Below, piece by piece: positions 1-15,126 of a stretch of 64,000 nt of DNA. The notes beneath the pieces were generated by a model, which saw only the letters and a program-made list of their open reading frames with translations, was not told the DNA's origin and ran no database searches. Both the position numbers and the translations under genes were made by a program. The DNA is from the human T2T-CHM13v2.0 reference genome, Homo sapiens. The stretch is from the NCBI RefSeq assembly GCF_009914755.1, contig NC_060928.1; one strand, written 5' to 3'. How positions within the stretch are numbered: the first letter of the stretch is position 1; each line of letters opens with the position of its first letter.

Positions 1-192
<192 letters not shown>

Positions 193-267
193 GGGTATAG
201 TGGAATATAACACCCCCATTGGAGCTGAAGGGCATTTCATTGGAAACTTAAACATTGATCCAGTGGC

Positions 268-603
<336 letters not shown>

Positions 604-1265
604 TTACCTGTTTTTACACTACCTGCTAACTAGCATTGAAGGTATCCTTGGTGACCTTACTACAATCTTAAAAGGACCCTCCACTAAATATTATATGGAA
701 AATTGCATGTTTTAATTTCCTGGTTAGTAGTCTGCTTGTTCTTGGAACTTTTCCTTAGTTGAGACAGATGACTAGTCTCACACCAGGTTAAAGTAGAGCT
801 GCTCACAGATGTCACAAGGATCATCTACAGTGGAAGATCAAGGTTTTGATTGTAGATGTTTTAGCTGTGGTAGAGGCTCGTTAATACTAATGTCAAGATC
901 TATGGATGTTGAGGGCTGGAGATCGTAAAGCTTTCCTAGTTGACGCTTCATAACTGCTGATGCTTTAGTCAGAAAAACAGTTACGGAAAAGTTTTCCTTT
1001 ACATCAAATCTTGCAGTAGTGGTAGGCATGTTACCTGTAAAATGACACAGCCTTCTTTCCATGAAGGGATAGTACTCAAAGATCATACTCTTTAAAACTT
1101 ACACCTGTCATGCAAACTGCAAATGTCAGCTGGATATTTTGAAATACTGCAAATGGAAAATGTGTGGTCTTGATTATCCAGGTGGGGACCTGGAATGATG
1201 TGACAGGAAATTCCTATATCGTTAAAAGCCTGTGCTTCAGAGAAGTATAATACAGAGGGGAAGAA

Positions 1266-1323
1266 TTATATGGTTTGACCCTGTCCTCACCCAAATCTCA
1301 TCTTGAATTGTAATAATCCCCAT
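1266..1323 (+). mobile_element. Isolated 5' ~58 bp of a THE1-type MaLR LTR
   Basis: ttatatggtttgaccctgtcctcacccaaatctcatcttgaattgtaataatccccat matches the LTR starts at 3829 and 5713. Confidence 0.8.
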
Positions 1324-1481
1324 ATATATATATATATGTATATGTATGTATGTATGTATATATGTGTATATGTGTGTATATATATGTGTGTGTATGTGTA
1401 TGTGTGTGTATGTGTGTGTATATATGTGTATATATGTATATATGTATGTGTATATATGTGTATATATGTGTATATATGTAT
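1322..1481. repeat. Compound (TA)n/(TG)n microsatellite
   Basis: Alternating TA/TG dinucleotides seen directly. Confidence 0.98.
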
Positions 1482-1567
1482 ATCCTGAGATGATTCTGAA
1501 ATATTTCCTGTCGGCATTCCCAGTAAGACTGAACCACAACAGCCTAGAGGCAAGCAGCCCAAGGCTC

Positions 1568-1570
<3 letters not shown>
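1482..1570 (-). repeat. 89-bp inverted copy of 3431-3519
   Basis: Reverse complement matches 3431-3519 with 3 substitutions by manual alignment. Confidence 0.95.
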
Positions 1571-1624
<54 letters not shown>

Positions 1625-2290
1625 CCCCATATATTTATATATACACTCATATGTACACATGCGTGCACATACGTACACATACATACACATACGTACACAT
1701 ATACACACATACATACATATACACACATATACACACATACACACATATACATATATACACACATACATACACATATACATACACATACACATACACACAT
1801 ATACACACACACATGCACACACATACACATACACACACATATACACACATACACACACACATATATACACATATATGCACATATATACACACATATACAC
1901 ATATATACACATACACACACACATATATACACACATACACACATGTACACATATATATACGTATATAATATATATACACATATACACATATATACACATA
2001 CACATATATACACATATACACATACACATATATACACACATACACACATATACACACATATACACACACATATACACATATATACACACATGTACACACA
2101 TGGGTACATACATATACATATACATATATATGTATATACATATATACATATACACATACACATATATACGTGTACACACATACATGTATACATACAAGTG
2201 TATATATACACATACATGTATATATATGCATGTGTGTGTATATGTATGTGTATGTATATATATACACACACACACACATATATATATATA
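1571..2290. repeat. Long compound (TA)n/(CA)n microsatellite
   Basis: Pure (AT)n run then ~650 bp of CA/TA; source of the YIHT/CVY pseudo-ORFs. Confidence 0.98.
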
Positions 2291-3828
2291 TTTGGTATTT
2301 AAGCATGTCCCAAGGATGCAGCTTATTTCTGTTGATGTGTGGCTAGATGTATTCCACTTCCTATGGATTTTGCCATTATTTTATAAAATCTGTTGTCCCA
2401 AAGACCCTTCTTCTGCTCTATTGTGTAGGTTTTACAACCTTATAGGGTTTTTCTTAGATGAAGGAATGGGTATGTGCAGACCTATTCTGGGTTCCTACCT
2501 CTATTTGGAACACATTTCAGTGTCTTAGCATTTCAAAGCCCCACTCCTGTGTTTCCAGCACAGTACGTCAGGGATGATACAACATCACAGTAGGCACTGC
2601 ACAGGGGGCATAAAGGCTTGAAGGTGGACACTGCCTGTCTCTGCTTCGCAGCTCCTTGTTCACTGTTGCTCTGTGATACTGGACACTGTGTCTCTCTTGG
2701 GCCACAGTGACTTTCTCTCTTGACTCCTTGTGGTGTGGAATATTGGCTGTTTTTGGTTGTGTTCACAGGTATCTCCTTAGGGAGTTTGTTTCCACTTCAG
2801 TCCTTGTTCAGCTAGTGATTCTTAGAATAAGGAAGCTGAATTGGACAGTGTCTTGAGAACTTGAGTCATCATGAATGAGGCTGTGTCTGTGCTACCTTGA
2901 GCTTTGTTTCAAATCTGAAAGTGTTTCAATGGAATGCAGTTTTTCACAATAATTTAAAGATTGCTTATTTTTTGGTCTAGAAAAACAGGAAGTTTTTCTA
3001 GTGTAGAGGAAGCAAGGAGCCCTTGTCCATCTGTGCTTCTGGTGGGAGGTTGAAAATTACAGAATCATTTTCTTCATAGTCAACATGTATATCCTATATC
3101 TACTTGTTGGAAAAGGTTTGCTCAGTTGTCTCTCAGGCATTAGCACAAATAACTGAGATTTAAATTGAACAACGCTCATAATTTTATCTTCAAATAGAGA
3201 CTTTAAAATGTATGCCTCATTTTATATTCCTGACTTAGATAACTTGATACTTTCATATCAATCAAATGAGAGAATGCTTATTCTTTGTCCTAATTGAAGT
3301 ATGGAAGAAAATGCTGACGTCTTAGTTTGAATTCACTAAACTCATAATCTGAGACTTGTGCTTGGAAGATTTGTTTTAAGAAGTGATCCTGGAGCCCCAG
3401 AGGATGGAGCAGTGAAAGCAGTGGAGATGGGCAGAGCGTTGGGCTGCTTGCCTCTAGGCTGTTGTGGTTCAGTCTTACCGGGAATGCTGACAGGAAATAT
3501 TTCAGAATCATCTCAGGATGTGCCTCCTAGGAAACGGTGTTCTGGGATTCACTCTCAAACTGACAACCCATTGATCAAGGTTAATCTGCTCTCTGCACAG
3601 CTGAGATGGCCCTTAGTGCCTGAGGCTGAGCTGCCTTGGGATAATTTTGGGAAAGCCTTAGGACAATGACCTTGAAGTCATGGGAAAGGGTCCTGATGGG
3701 ATGAGACAACAGGCATGGTGCTGTCTTCCACTGCTGTGCTCAGAAAAAGGGGGTCTAGAGGATAACACTGAGATTTCCAGTCTCTCACACTTGTCCATAC
3801 TTCCCGGAGGGATCCCAATGTTCCTGGG

Positions 3829-6071
3829 TGATATGGTTTGGCTCTATGTCCCCATCCAAATCTCACCTTGAATTGCAATAATCCTCACATGTCAAGGGCA
3901 GAACCAGGTGGAGATGATTGTATCATGGGGTTGGTTTCCCCCATACTGTTCTCATGAAAGTTCTCATGAAATCTGATGGTGTTATAAGGGGTTTCGCCCT
4001 TTGGCTCTCATTCTTCTCTTGCCTGCCACCATGTAAGATGGGGTTTTTGTCTTCTGCCATGATTGTGAGGCCTCCCCAGCCATGTGGAACTCTGAGCCCA
4101 TTAAACCTCTTTTAATTTGTAAATTACACAGTCTCGGGTGTGTCTTTATCAGCAGTGTGAAAACAGACTGATACAGTAAATTGGTACCAGCAGAGTGGGG
4201 TACTGCTATAAAGATACCCTAAAATGTGGAAGTGACTTTGGAACTGGGTAACAGGCAGAGGTTGGAACAGTTTGGAGGGCTCAGAAGGCAGGAAAATATG
4301 GGAAAGTTTAGAACCTCCTGAAAACTCAGATAGCTTTGACAAAAATGCTGACAATGAAATCTAGGCTGAGGTGGTTTCAGATGGAGATGAGGAACTTGTT
4401 GGGAACTGAAGTAAAGGTGACTCTTGCTATGTTTTAGCAAAGAAACTGGTAGCATTTTGCCGCTATCACAGAGATTTGTGGAACTTTGAACTTGAGGGAG
4501 ATGATTTAGGGTATCCAGTGGAAGAAATTTCTAAGCAGCAAAGCATTCAACAGGTGACTTTGGGTGCTATTAAAAGCATTCAGTTTTATAAGGGAAACAC
4601 AGCATAAAAGTACAAAGAAACTTTGCAGTCTGATGCGATAGAAAACCCATTTTCTAAGGAGAAATTCATGCTTAAATTTGTATAAGTAAAGAGCCAAATG
4701 TTAATCAGCAAGACAGTGGGGTAAATGTCTCCTGGGCATGTCAGAGGTCTTCACTGCAGCCTCTCACATCTCAGGCCTGGAGGTCGAGAAGGAAAAAACG
4801 GTTTCATGGGCCAGTCTCAGGGGACTCTTGCTGTGTGCAGCCTAAGGACTTGGTGCCCTGTGTCCCAGCTGCTCCAGTCTTAGCTAAAAGGGGCCAAGGT
4901 ACTGTTTGGGCCATGGCTTCAAAGGGTATAAGCCCCAAGCCTTGGCAACTTACACATTGTGTTGAGCCTGCAGGTGCACACAAGTCAATAATTGAGGTTT
5001 GAGAACCTCTGCCTAGATTTCAGAGGATGTATGGAAATACCTGTCCAGGCATAAGTTTGTTGCAGGGGTAGAGCCCTCATGGGGAACCTCTGCTAGGGCA
5101 ATGCAGAAGGGAAATGTGCAGCAGGAGCCCCCACATAGTCCTCACTGGGGCACTGCCTAGTAGAGCTGTGAGAAAGAGGGCCACTGTACTCCAGCCCCCC
5201 GGAATAGTAGATCCACCAACAGCTTGCACCATGCCCCTAAAAAAAAGTCAGACACTTGATGCCAGCCCATGAAACCAGATTTGGATGGGTGGAGGGGCTA
5301 TACCTTGCAAAGCCATAGGGGCAGAGATGTCCAAGACCATGGGAGCCCACCTCTTGCATCAGCATGACCTGGATGTGAGACATGGAGTCAAAGGAGATCA
5401 CTTCAGAGCTTTAAGATTTGACTGTCCCACTGAATTTTGGACTTGTATAGGATCTGTAGCCTATTGGTTTGGGCCAATTTCTCCCATCCATCTGGAATGG
5501 GTGTATTTACCCAATGCCTGTATCTAGGAAGTAACTTGCTTTTGATTTTATAGGCTCATGGGTGGGAAGGACTTGCCTCATTTCAGATGAGACTTTGGAC
5601 TTGGACTTCAGGGTTAATGCTGGAATGAGTTAAGGCTTTAGAGGACCGTTGGAAGGGCATGATTGTGTTTTGAAAAGTGAGAACATGAGATTTGGGAGGG
5701 GCCGGGGTGGAATGATATGGTTTGGCTGTGTCACCAACCAAATCTCATCTTGAACTGTAATAATCCCCACATATCAAGGGTGGAACCGGGTGGAGATGAT
5801 TGAATCATGGCGTTGGTTTCCCTCTTACTGTTTTCATGATAGTGAGTTCTTATGAGATCTGGTGGCTTTATAAGGTGTTTCTACCTTCATTTGGCTCTCA
5901 TTCTTCCCTTGCCTGTTGCCATGTAAGACATGCCTTTGTTCCTCCTTGCCTTCTGCCATGATTATGAAGCCTCCCCAGCCATGTGGAACTGTGAGTCTAT
6001 TAAACCTCTTCTTCATAAATTAACCAGTCTCAGGTATGTCTTTATCAGCAGCGTGAAAATAAATTAATATA
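3829..6071 (+). mobile_element. Full-length THE1 (C/D-like) MaLR element: 5' LTR 3829-4175, internal 4176-5712, 3' LTR 5713-6071
   Basis: Both LTRs start tgatatggtttggct; first ends gactgataca; internal starts gtaaattggtacc; purine tract gggaggggccggggtggaa precedes 3' LTR; degraded flanks cctggg/cttggg. Confidence 0.95.
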
Positions 6072-9000
6072 CTTGGGTTGCCCTTTAGTGAGAAAGGAAC
6101 GGCATCAGTCCTATTGCAATAGGACTGTTCCATAGCTGAAAATTCTGACATTCATCATCTTTGGATGGTCTTTATCTTTGCATTTAGCCCTGTGAATCCT
6201 AATGAAGGCTGGCTTGGTGGGTGACATCTCCCTTGAAACACTCAAGTCTGAATCAGACGAGAGTGAAACGTGTTTGAAACTGGGGTCCTGCTGCATTCAC
6301 TGCAGTGTTTTACCTTGGTTCCAGGTTATTTTCAACACCAATGATGAACACCGTGAGGAATTCCAAGCCTATTTTGCTTTTGTTTGACAACAGGTGTCTG
6401 GGCTTTGTGTGACCTCATTCTGCCAAATCCTCAAGGTCTCAGCATACAGAATTCTTAAACTCATCTTCCTGATATCCTTGCTGCTTATTTGCCATAAGCA
6501 GATCTTCTCCATCTGAGTTTTTTTCATGGTCTATGTGAGATTTTCTCCCTCTGGTTACTTTGGGATAGACTTTAGCTCTGATTTCTCTCTAGACATGTCC
6601 ACAGGCAGCTGTTACATGCACAATGTTTACTTTAAGCCTGGTTTCTCAGATGTTGCCCCAAGAATCACGCACTTGAGCTCGAAAATCTCTGGGTATTCAA
6701 TATGCTGCCATGGGATTATTGCTTGAAAATTGTCTTCAAGATATATAAACTATCTTAAAGTGGCAGAACTTTCAGGTGACAGCCTTTTCTTTCCCATTGG
6801 TTGTGGTTTCTCTGAGAATGAGGACACAGGTGTTTGAACCACAAGTGATGGGCACGGAGGTCACCTTGAACCCAAGTGCCTGACGTCCTACTTTCCACCC
6901 TGTTCTGAGGAGCCCCTTGGAACGAGCTGTTTGAGTGACTGAAATGTAAACATTTCTTTTGGTTACTGTGCCTTTTCTTCAATTGAACAGGCAGTAGGAA
7001 CATAAGTAATTAAAGCAGTTATTTTAATAATCTAGGTCATAGCTGCATCTTCCCTGAGTGCTCCAAGGTGTGCAGAATCTGATATGACCACAGGTTGCTC
7101 TTAGGTTGACTCATAGTTGAGCACCTCAGGGAGCCCATCCCACTGAAGGCTGCCCCACCCTGGAGCATGTGTGCAGCAGCTCTTAGTGGCTCCCACAAAT
7201 CCCTCATGTGATGCAGCAGGGGATGCTCTCAGGCATTGCCATATAAGATTGTGATTATGACTGGTTATATTTCTATAAGATAACCACTGAGTCTGACCAG
7301 ATGATAGCCTTCCTGCAGTATGTCCAATTTGTTTCTTGTAGTGTTGGGCTGGTGAATACATATCTAGACAGTGGGAGCTCTGTCTGATCCAACATACTAA
7401 GGACATGTTGAAAGAATCAGCTGTACCCTTCACAGAAACTTAATCCAATGTGATGTTAAAATATCCTGTCACTTAAGTTACCAGTGGTCACACAAGTTGG
7501 GATCTCTTAAGGGCCAGGTGAGGCCTGGGGCTAAGAGTTTGATGGAGCCTCCTATTGGAGCCCTAATGAGAATTGCCCAGCCCCAGCATCCAGTGAGCAG
7601 CTCTATACTGACAGGTGCTTCCTCAGGTTCTATCCTGAAAATTCTTTCCTTCAATTGGTTCCATCCACCCAGGATAATAGCACCATTTGGAGATGGCAAA
7701 CTTCCCAGCAGCCCAGTTTCAGAAACTGGGTCCACTCTCAGAACACCTCATGGCAGGCCGCTGACACTGTGGGGCTGGTACACAGTCCATCCTCTGGCCT
7801 GAAATTCCTTCAGGACTTGGCTGAATGTCTTTACCTCTGAATAGAACTGAGTACCAAACTCTTCTGTAAGTGGATGAGGAATAGCTGCCTTATTTTTAGT
7901 AGGGCTAATACACTGACACCTTTGTGCAAGGGCCCTGTTTCCAGGGTCACCTCAGGTTAGAGAGCACTAAGGGAATGATTTCACTGGTCTACCTCAAAGA
8001 TCAGAGAGGAAAGGGTGTCTCCTCTCTCATGCCTGAGTACTGATGTGTCCTCATTGTTAATGATGTGACCTATATCTGCTTCAAACTCCACTGTTTCTTT
8101 TTAGAAAGTTTAGCAGATAATATTCTTGAGTCACCCCTTATCTTATAAAGAGCAGGCATTGTTGGTGAGAGATGTATATCTTTGGCAGTTTCTCAAGTCA
8201 GTGGTAGGTGCAGCATCTTGGAAGCCCACTCAAAGGAGGTGAAGGACTGACAGAACACACGGTGCTGGAAGCATCTGCCTTTCTCTCTTGATGCCTCTGG
8301 TCGCAGGTTTTCACAAATGCATGGAACGATCTTGGTCACCTTCACAACAGCACCTTGCTCTCTGGGAAAGAAGGGCTCAGTCTCTGATCACGGGAACAGA
8401 ATTCTGATATCCCCATTCCCTGCTGTGGGGAGTGGTGGGTCGGCCAGTCTCCTTGAGTCACAAGTGTGAGCTGGGGCTCTGATGTGGAAGCAGCTACTGG
8501 TCTTGCATATCAGGTCTAGGACTCTTTGAGGTCTGTACTAGACATGGTTTTTTGGGCTAGGTGGTTCTGACAATTGGAACAGAAGTAGCCATAAGGGAGG
8601 GTAGAGAATATTCCAAACTGGGGAAGAGAACTTTCTGTCAGCAATCAGTGAGACTTAACCGGCCTCTTGTGATACTATTCTCACCTGCAACATGCACCTA
8701 ATGAGTAGAAACCTCATGGCCACTCTGAGATGTGAGCATATAGTCTCAGTCTAAAAGAGATGGTGAGGATGCTGCCTCTTCTAGTGAACCCATGGGGTTA
8801 CCAAGGGAAAGCAACCTTTTGATAAATATTCCCATCTTTTTATGTTGTCTGGAATAATTGGTGTGTGACTGGTGTCATGTCATAACTGGTGGCAGAATCC
8901 AGTGGTGAAGTTATTTAGGCCCGTCGGATACTTTGTGGGAAGATTTTTATCAGTTTCGTTCGTAGAAAACCCAAATAATATCCTCCTTTGGAAATTTCAA

Positions 9001-9387
9001 TTCATGATGTTTATGCCCATATTTCAAATTGATTCATTCTTGCCGTTTTCATCTCAGACAGAAGTGCTTACCCTGAGGACTTTTAACTGGGCATTGTCTT
9101 GGCCATTATTGGCCTCCAGTGGGAATTCATCCTCTTAGCTGCAGGGTCATACAGGTTTGTACTCCTTTATTCTTGACAAGGGTTGACTAGTACAACACAT
9201 ACCCTGATACCATGTCTGGAGACCTGATTCTAGATCACCATATTGATTTAAGAAGGTATGGGATGGACAGGGAGACCTTGGTCTAAGTGAATAAGGTGTT
9301 CAGTGCCCTGGAGTGGACCAGGAATCACTTGACAGGAAAGTTTGCATATCCTTACATTTGGGTATGTATTTAAGAAAAGTGCACAAC

Positions 9388-10012
<625 letters not shown>

Positions 10013-10239
10013 GAATAACACATTTTCTTTACTGTAGCTTTCATGTGCCTCATGACTCACTCCAACCTCTCTTCTCAAAATGCATCAATTAAGTTTATCA
10101 GCTTACTTTTTCTAACACATGCAAATCTAGCACTATTTGCTGAATGTGAGTATATTTTTTCCTTCTAGTACTCCTTTGATTTTGTTTTTTTAACTCGATT
10201 TTTTTTTTTTATTGCTTGAGTGTTCCAGTGTTGGGATTA

Positions 10240-10415
10240 TGTATCAGTCCATTCTCACACTTCTACAAAGAACTACCTGAGACTGGGTAATTTATGAAGA
10301 GGTTTAATTGACTCACAGTTCTGCAGGCTTAACAGGAAGCATGACTGGGAGGCCTCAGGAAACTTACAACCATGGCAGAAGGTGAAGGGGAAGCAAGTGC
10401 CTTCTTCACACGGTG
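10240..10415 (-). mobile_element. MST/THE1-type MaLR LTR fragment
   Basis: tgtatcagtccattctcacac...gagactgggtaatttatgaagaggtttaattgactcacagttc. Confidence 0.85.
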
Positions 10416-13400
10416 TTAAGCCCCAAAAGAGAATCTGGAGGATGTTGGAAAAACAAATCGGAATACAGTTCCCAAAGCATCTACTGTTCAAACAAATCCT
10501 ACTCCCAGATGGAGTACAATTATCAAGCCTAATTTCTTTTCTCTAATTCACCAGGCTTCTGTTACCTGGAGGTAATTATTTTTCTTAATTGTTAACTTTA
10601 CCTTGATATAATTGCAAATGCAATACACATACATGCACACATATAGTCGGAAGTCAATGGTATGCTGATTTTAATCGTCTTGAGTGTTATGAATTTATAT
10701 GTTCACAAGAAACTAGAAAATCATACATGGAAGTAATGTGGACTATCAACATTATTTCTTAGAATTACTTTTCTAGAAATGCCCAGAAAACTAGTTAAAC
10801 TATCTTAGTATTATATTAGTCTGGGTCAATTAGGCATTTTAAAAAACACCTTGATATAAAGGATTTGTCAGATAAATTTAACACTCTATTCTAGTAAAGT
10901 TTTAAGGAAAATGGAACAAGTTGTAGAGCCACAGAGTTTGCAATATAGTATGAGTTTCCGAGAAATAATAGATACTAGGTTTAATTATGTTCAATTTAAT
11001 TGAACATCTGTTTGCACTTATATAATCTTAGATTTGTAGGTTACAGTAAATTACCTGCTCTATGAGGCAAATGTTAGGATTTAGGGGCATTTCATTTAGG
11101 CATTGTTTAAAAAACCAAAAGCCAAAATCTTGCATGAAATAAAATCTAACATGTTGGGTTTGCATTTTCATTTCACTTGATAGAATCAGGGAGAAGCTAC
11201 ATAAGTATCTTTGAAATCCCCAAATAAGGGCAATTTAAATTAATGTTTTAATTGGATTCTGTTATTATGTGAACTAGAATTAAAATGTAATTATTTTAAG
11301 TCATTTTACCTCATAATCTTCAAACCCTCTGAATTACATTCAGAAGAGTTCCCTACAGGTCTTTTAGGATCTCTAATACTGGATCTAATGCCAATTTGCA
11401 TATTTTTGTTTTTCTGTAACTCGGCAGGGATGCTGAGGATTTTACACTTAGATATTTGCTTTTCTCATGGAAAAGCTTTAGAAAAAGAAACAAGGAATTT
11501 CAAGGCAATTCCATTAACTTGCACCAAGAGGGAAAAGAAGCTATGAGACGCTTACAACTTGGAGTAGTATTAATAGCATTATTAGGTAGAATATGAATCA
11601 TGTAAATTTCACACCTAAAGTAATCTCCAAATAGGGTTTAGTGCTGACCAGCATTGGACAGGTGGGTGAGGGAAGAGAGTATCTTATAAATGTAAATATT
11701 TTCTATCTTACAAAAATTTAAGTGACGATAGCAAAATATCAACAATGCTTAAGTGTTTGTTTTGAAACAATTTTTAAAATGTTAATAAAGGGTTCTCCCT
11801 ATTTATAAACAAGCTTTTCCTACAGGTAGACTGGCCCTTAAGTTCCTGGAAAACTTCTTCAGGGGCTGGAGAAGGCAATGGTTATAACAGCCTCTTACAT
11901 ACCCTTAGTACCTCTTTTCTTTTAAATATCATTGTTCCTTTTTTAAAAAATTAAGTTTTATGGGTACATATACATATCAGGTACATAAAACATTTTGATA
12001 CAGGCATACCATGTAAAATCACATCAAGGTAAATGGGATATTTACCCCAAGCATTTATCATGTTTTTGTGTTATGAGCTTTCCAATTATATAATAGTTAT
12101 TAAGTGTACAGTAAATTATGCTGTTGTGCTATCAAATACTAGATCTTACTCATTTAACTATATTTTTGTTCCCATTACCCATCCTTACTTCCCCTACTCT
12201 CTTCACTATCCTTCTCAGCTTCTGGTAACCATCATTCTACTCTCTACCTCCGTGAGATTAATTGTTTTAATTTTTAGCTCCCACAAATGAGTGAGATCAT
12301 GTGACATTTGTCTTTGTGCCTGGCTTATTTCACGTAACATAATGACTTCCAGTTCCATCCATGTTGTTGCAAAAGACAAAATCTCATTGATTTGTACGGC
12401 TAAATGGTCCTCCATCGTGTATATGTACAACACTTTATCTATTTGTCTGTTGATAGACACAGGTTACTTCCAAACCTTGGCTATTGTGAATAGTGCTGCA
12501 ATAAATGTGGAAGTGCAGGTATCTCTTTGATAGACTGATGTCCTTCCTTTGGAGGTATATACCTAGCAGTGGGATTGCTGGATCATATGGGAGTTCTATT
12601 TTTAGATTTTTTTTGAGGACCCTTCATACTTTGCTCCATAGCACTTGTAGTAATTCACATTCCCACTAACACTAACATTATGTAAGGACTCCTATTTCCC
12701 TACACCCTCATCAGCATTTGTTGTTGCCTATCCTTTGGATTAAAGCCATCACAACTGGGATGAGATGATGTCTCATAGTTTTGATTTGAATTTTCAGATG
12801 ATCAGTGATGTTGAGCATGTTTTTCATATACCTGTTTGCCATTTGTGTGTCTTGAGAGATGTGTATTTGTATCTTTTGCCCATTTTTACATTGGATTGAG
12901 GTTTTTTTTTCCTTGGGCCGTTTGAGCTCCTTATGTATTCTGATTATCAATCCCTTGTCAGATAGGTAGTTTGCAAACATTTTCTCTTGTTTTGTGGGTT
13001 GTCTCTTCACTTTGTTTCCTTTGTTGTGCAGAAGCTTTTTAACTTGATGTGATCCCATTTGTCTTTTTTTTTTTTCTTTTGGGTTGCCTTGCTTTTGGAG
13101 GATTATCCAAGAAACCTTGGCCCACACCAATGTCCTGGAGAGTTTCTCCAGTGTTTTATTTGAGTAATTTCATGTCTTATATTTATTTAAATATTTAATA
13201 CATTTTTTGCATATGGTAAGAGATAGGGGGTCTAGTTTCATTCTGCATATGGATATCCAGTTTCCCCAGCACCATTTATTGAAGAGACTTTTTTTTCCCC
13301 AATACAGTATACGTTCTTGGCACCATTCTTGAAAATGAGTTCACTTTACATGTGTGGGTTTATATCTGGATTCTCTCTTCCATTGATCTATGTGTCTGTT

Positions 13401-14650
13401 TTTATGCCAATACCATGCTGTTTTGGTTACTGTAGCTCTGTAGTATAATTTGAAGTCAGATAATGTGATTTTTCCAGTTTTGTTCTTTTTGCTTGAGATG
13501 GCTTCAGCTATTCTGGTTTTTTTGTGGTTCCATATAAATTACAGGGTTTTTATTTCTTTGAAGAATGTCATTGGTATGTTGATACATATTGCATTGAATC
13601 TGTAGGTTGCTTTGGGTAATATGGACATTTAAGCAATATTCATTCTTCCAATCCATGAACATGCAATGTCTTTGCATTTCTCATGTCCTCTTCAATTTCT
13701 TGAATCAATATTTTGCAGTTTTCATTGTAGAAATTTTTTGCTTCTTAAGTTTATTCCTAGGTATTTTATTTCTAGCTATTGTAAATGGAATTACTTTATT
13801 TTTTCCAATTATTCACTGTTATATAGAAATGCTACTAATTTTTATATGTTCATTTTTGTATCCTCCAACTTTGCTGAATTTAATTATAAGTGCTAATAGT
13901 TCTTTGGTGGAGTCTTAAGGTTTTTTTAAATATAAGATCATATGATCTGTAAACAAGGATAATTTAACTTCTGTTCCAATTTGGCTACCCCTATTTTTTT
14001 CTCTTGTCTGATTGCTCTAGCTGGGACTTCCAGTATTATGTTAACAATGGTGGAAGTGGGCATCCTTGTCTTGTTCCTGATCTTAGAGGAATGACATTTT
14101 TTTTTTCCTGTTCAGTATGATACTGTGGATTTGTCATATATGGCTTTCATTGTACTGAGGTATGTTCCTTCTATAACCAGTTTTTTGGTGGATTTTATCA
14201 TGAAGGAACGTTGAATTTTATCAAATGCTTTTTCAGCATCAGTTGAAATAATCATATGATTTTTGTCCCTTCTGTTAATATGATATATCACATTGATTTC
14301 CATATGTTGTACCATCCTTGCAACCTTGGGATAAATCCCACTTAGTAATGATGAATGATACATTTAATGTGTTGTTGATTTTGGCTAGCTAGCATTTCGT
14401 TGAGATTTTTTGCACCTATTTTCATCAGGGATATTGGTGTGTAGTTTTCTCTTTTTGTTGCATCTTTGCCACATTTTGGTATCAGAGTGGTGTTTCATAG
14501 ATTGAATTAGGAGTATCTCCTCTTCAATTTTTTGGAATAGTTTTAATAGAATTGGGACCAGCTCTTCTTTGTATGTCTAGTAGAATTTAGATGTGAATTT
14601 AGCTGTGAATCCTTCTGCTCTGCTGTCTTTTTTGGTTGGTAGGTTTGTAG

Positions 14651-15126
<476 letters not shown>

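Noticed and set aside
1237-2528. Long ORFs up to 346 aa rich in Y/I/H/T or C/V/Y/M
   Set aside because: Translations of a stop-poor dinucleotide microsatellite
8619-8751. cag|gtgaga at 8684 as a separate exon boundary
   Set aside because: Ambiguous as donor or acceptor, and coding-like sequence continues through it to ~9327
10420-10565. Cys-rich peptide CTPSGSRICLNSRCFGNCIPIC as an ADAMTS-like module
   Set aside because: Resemblance too weak, frame uncertain, in-frame stop upstream; kept only as a low-confidence exon candidate
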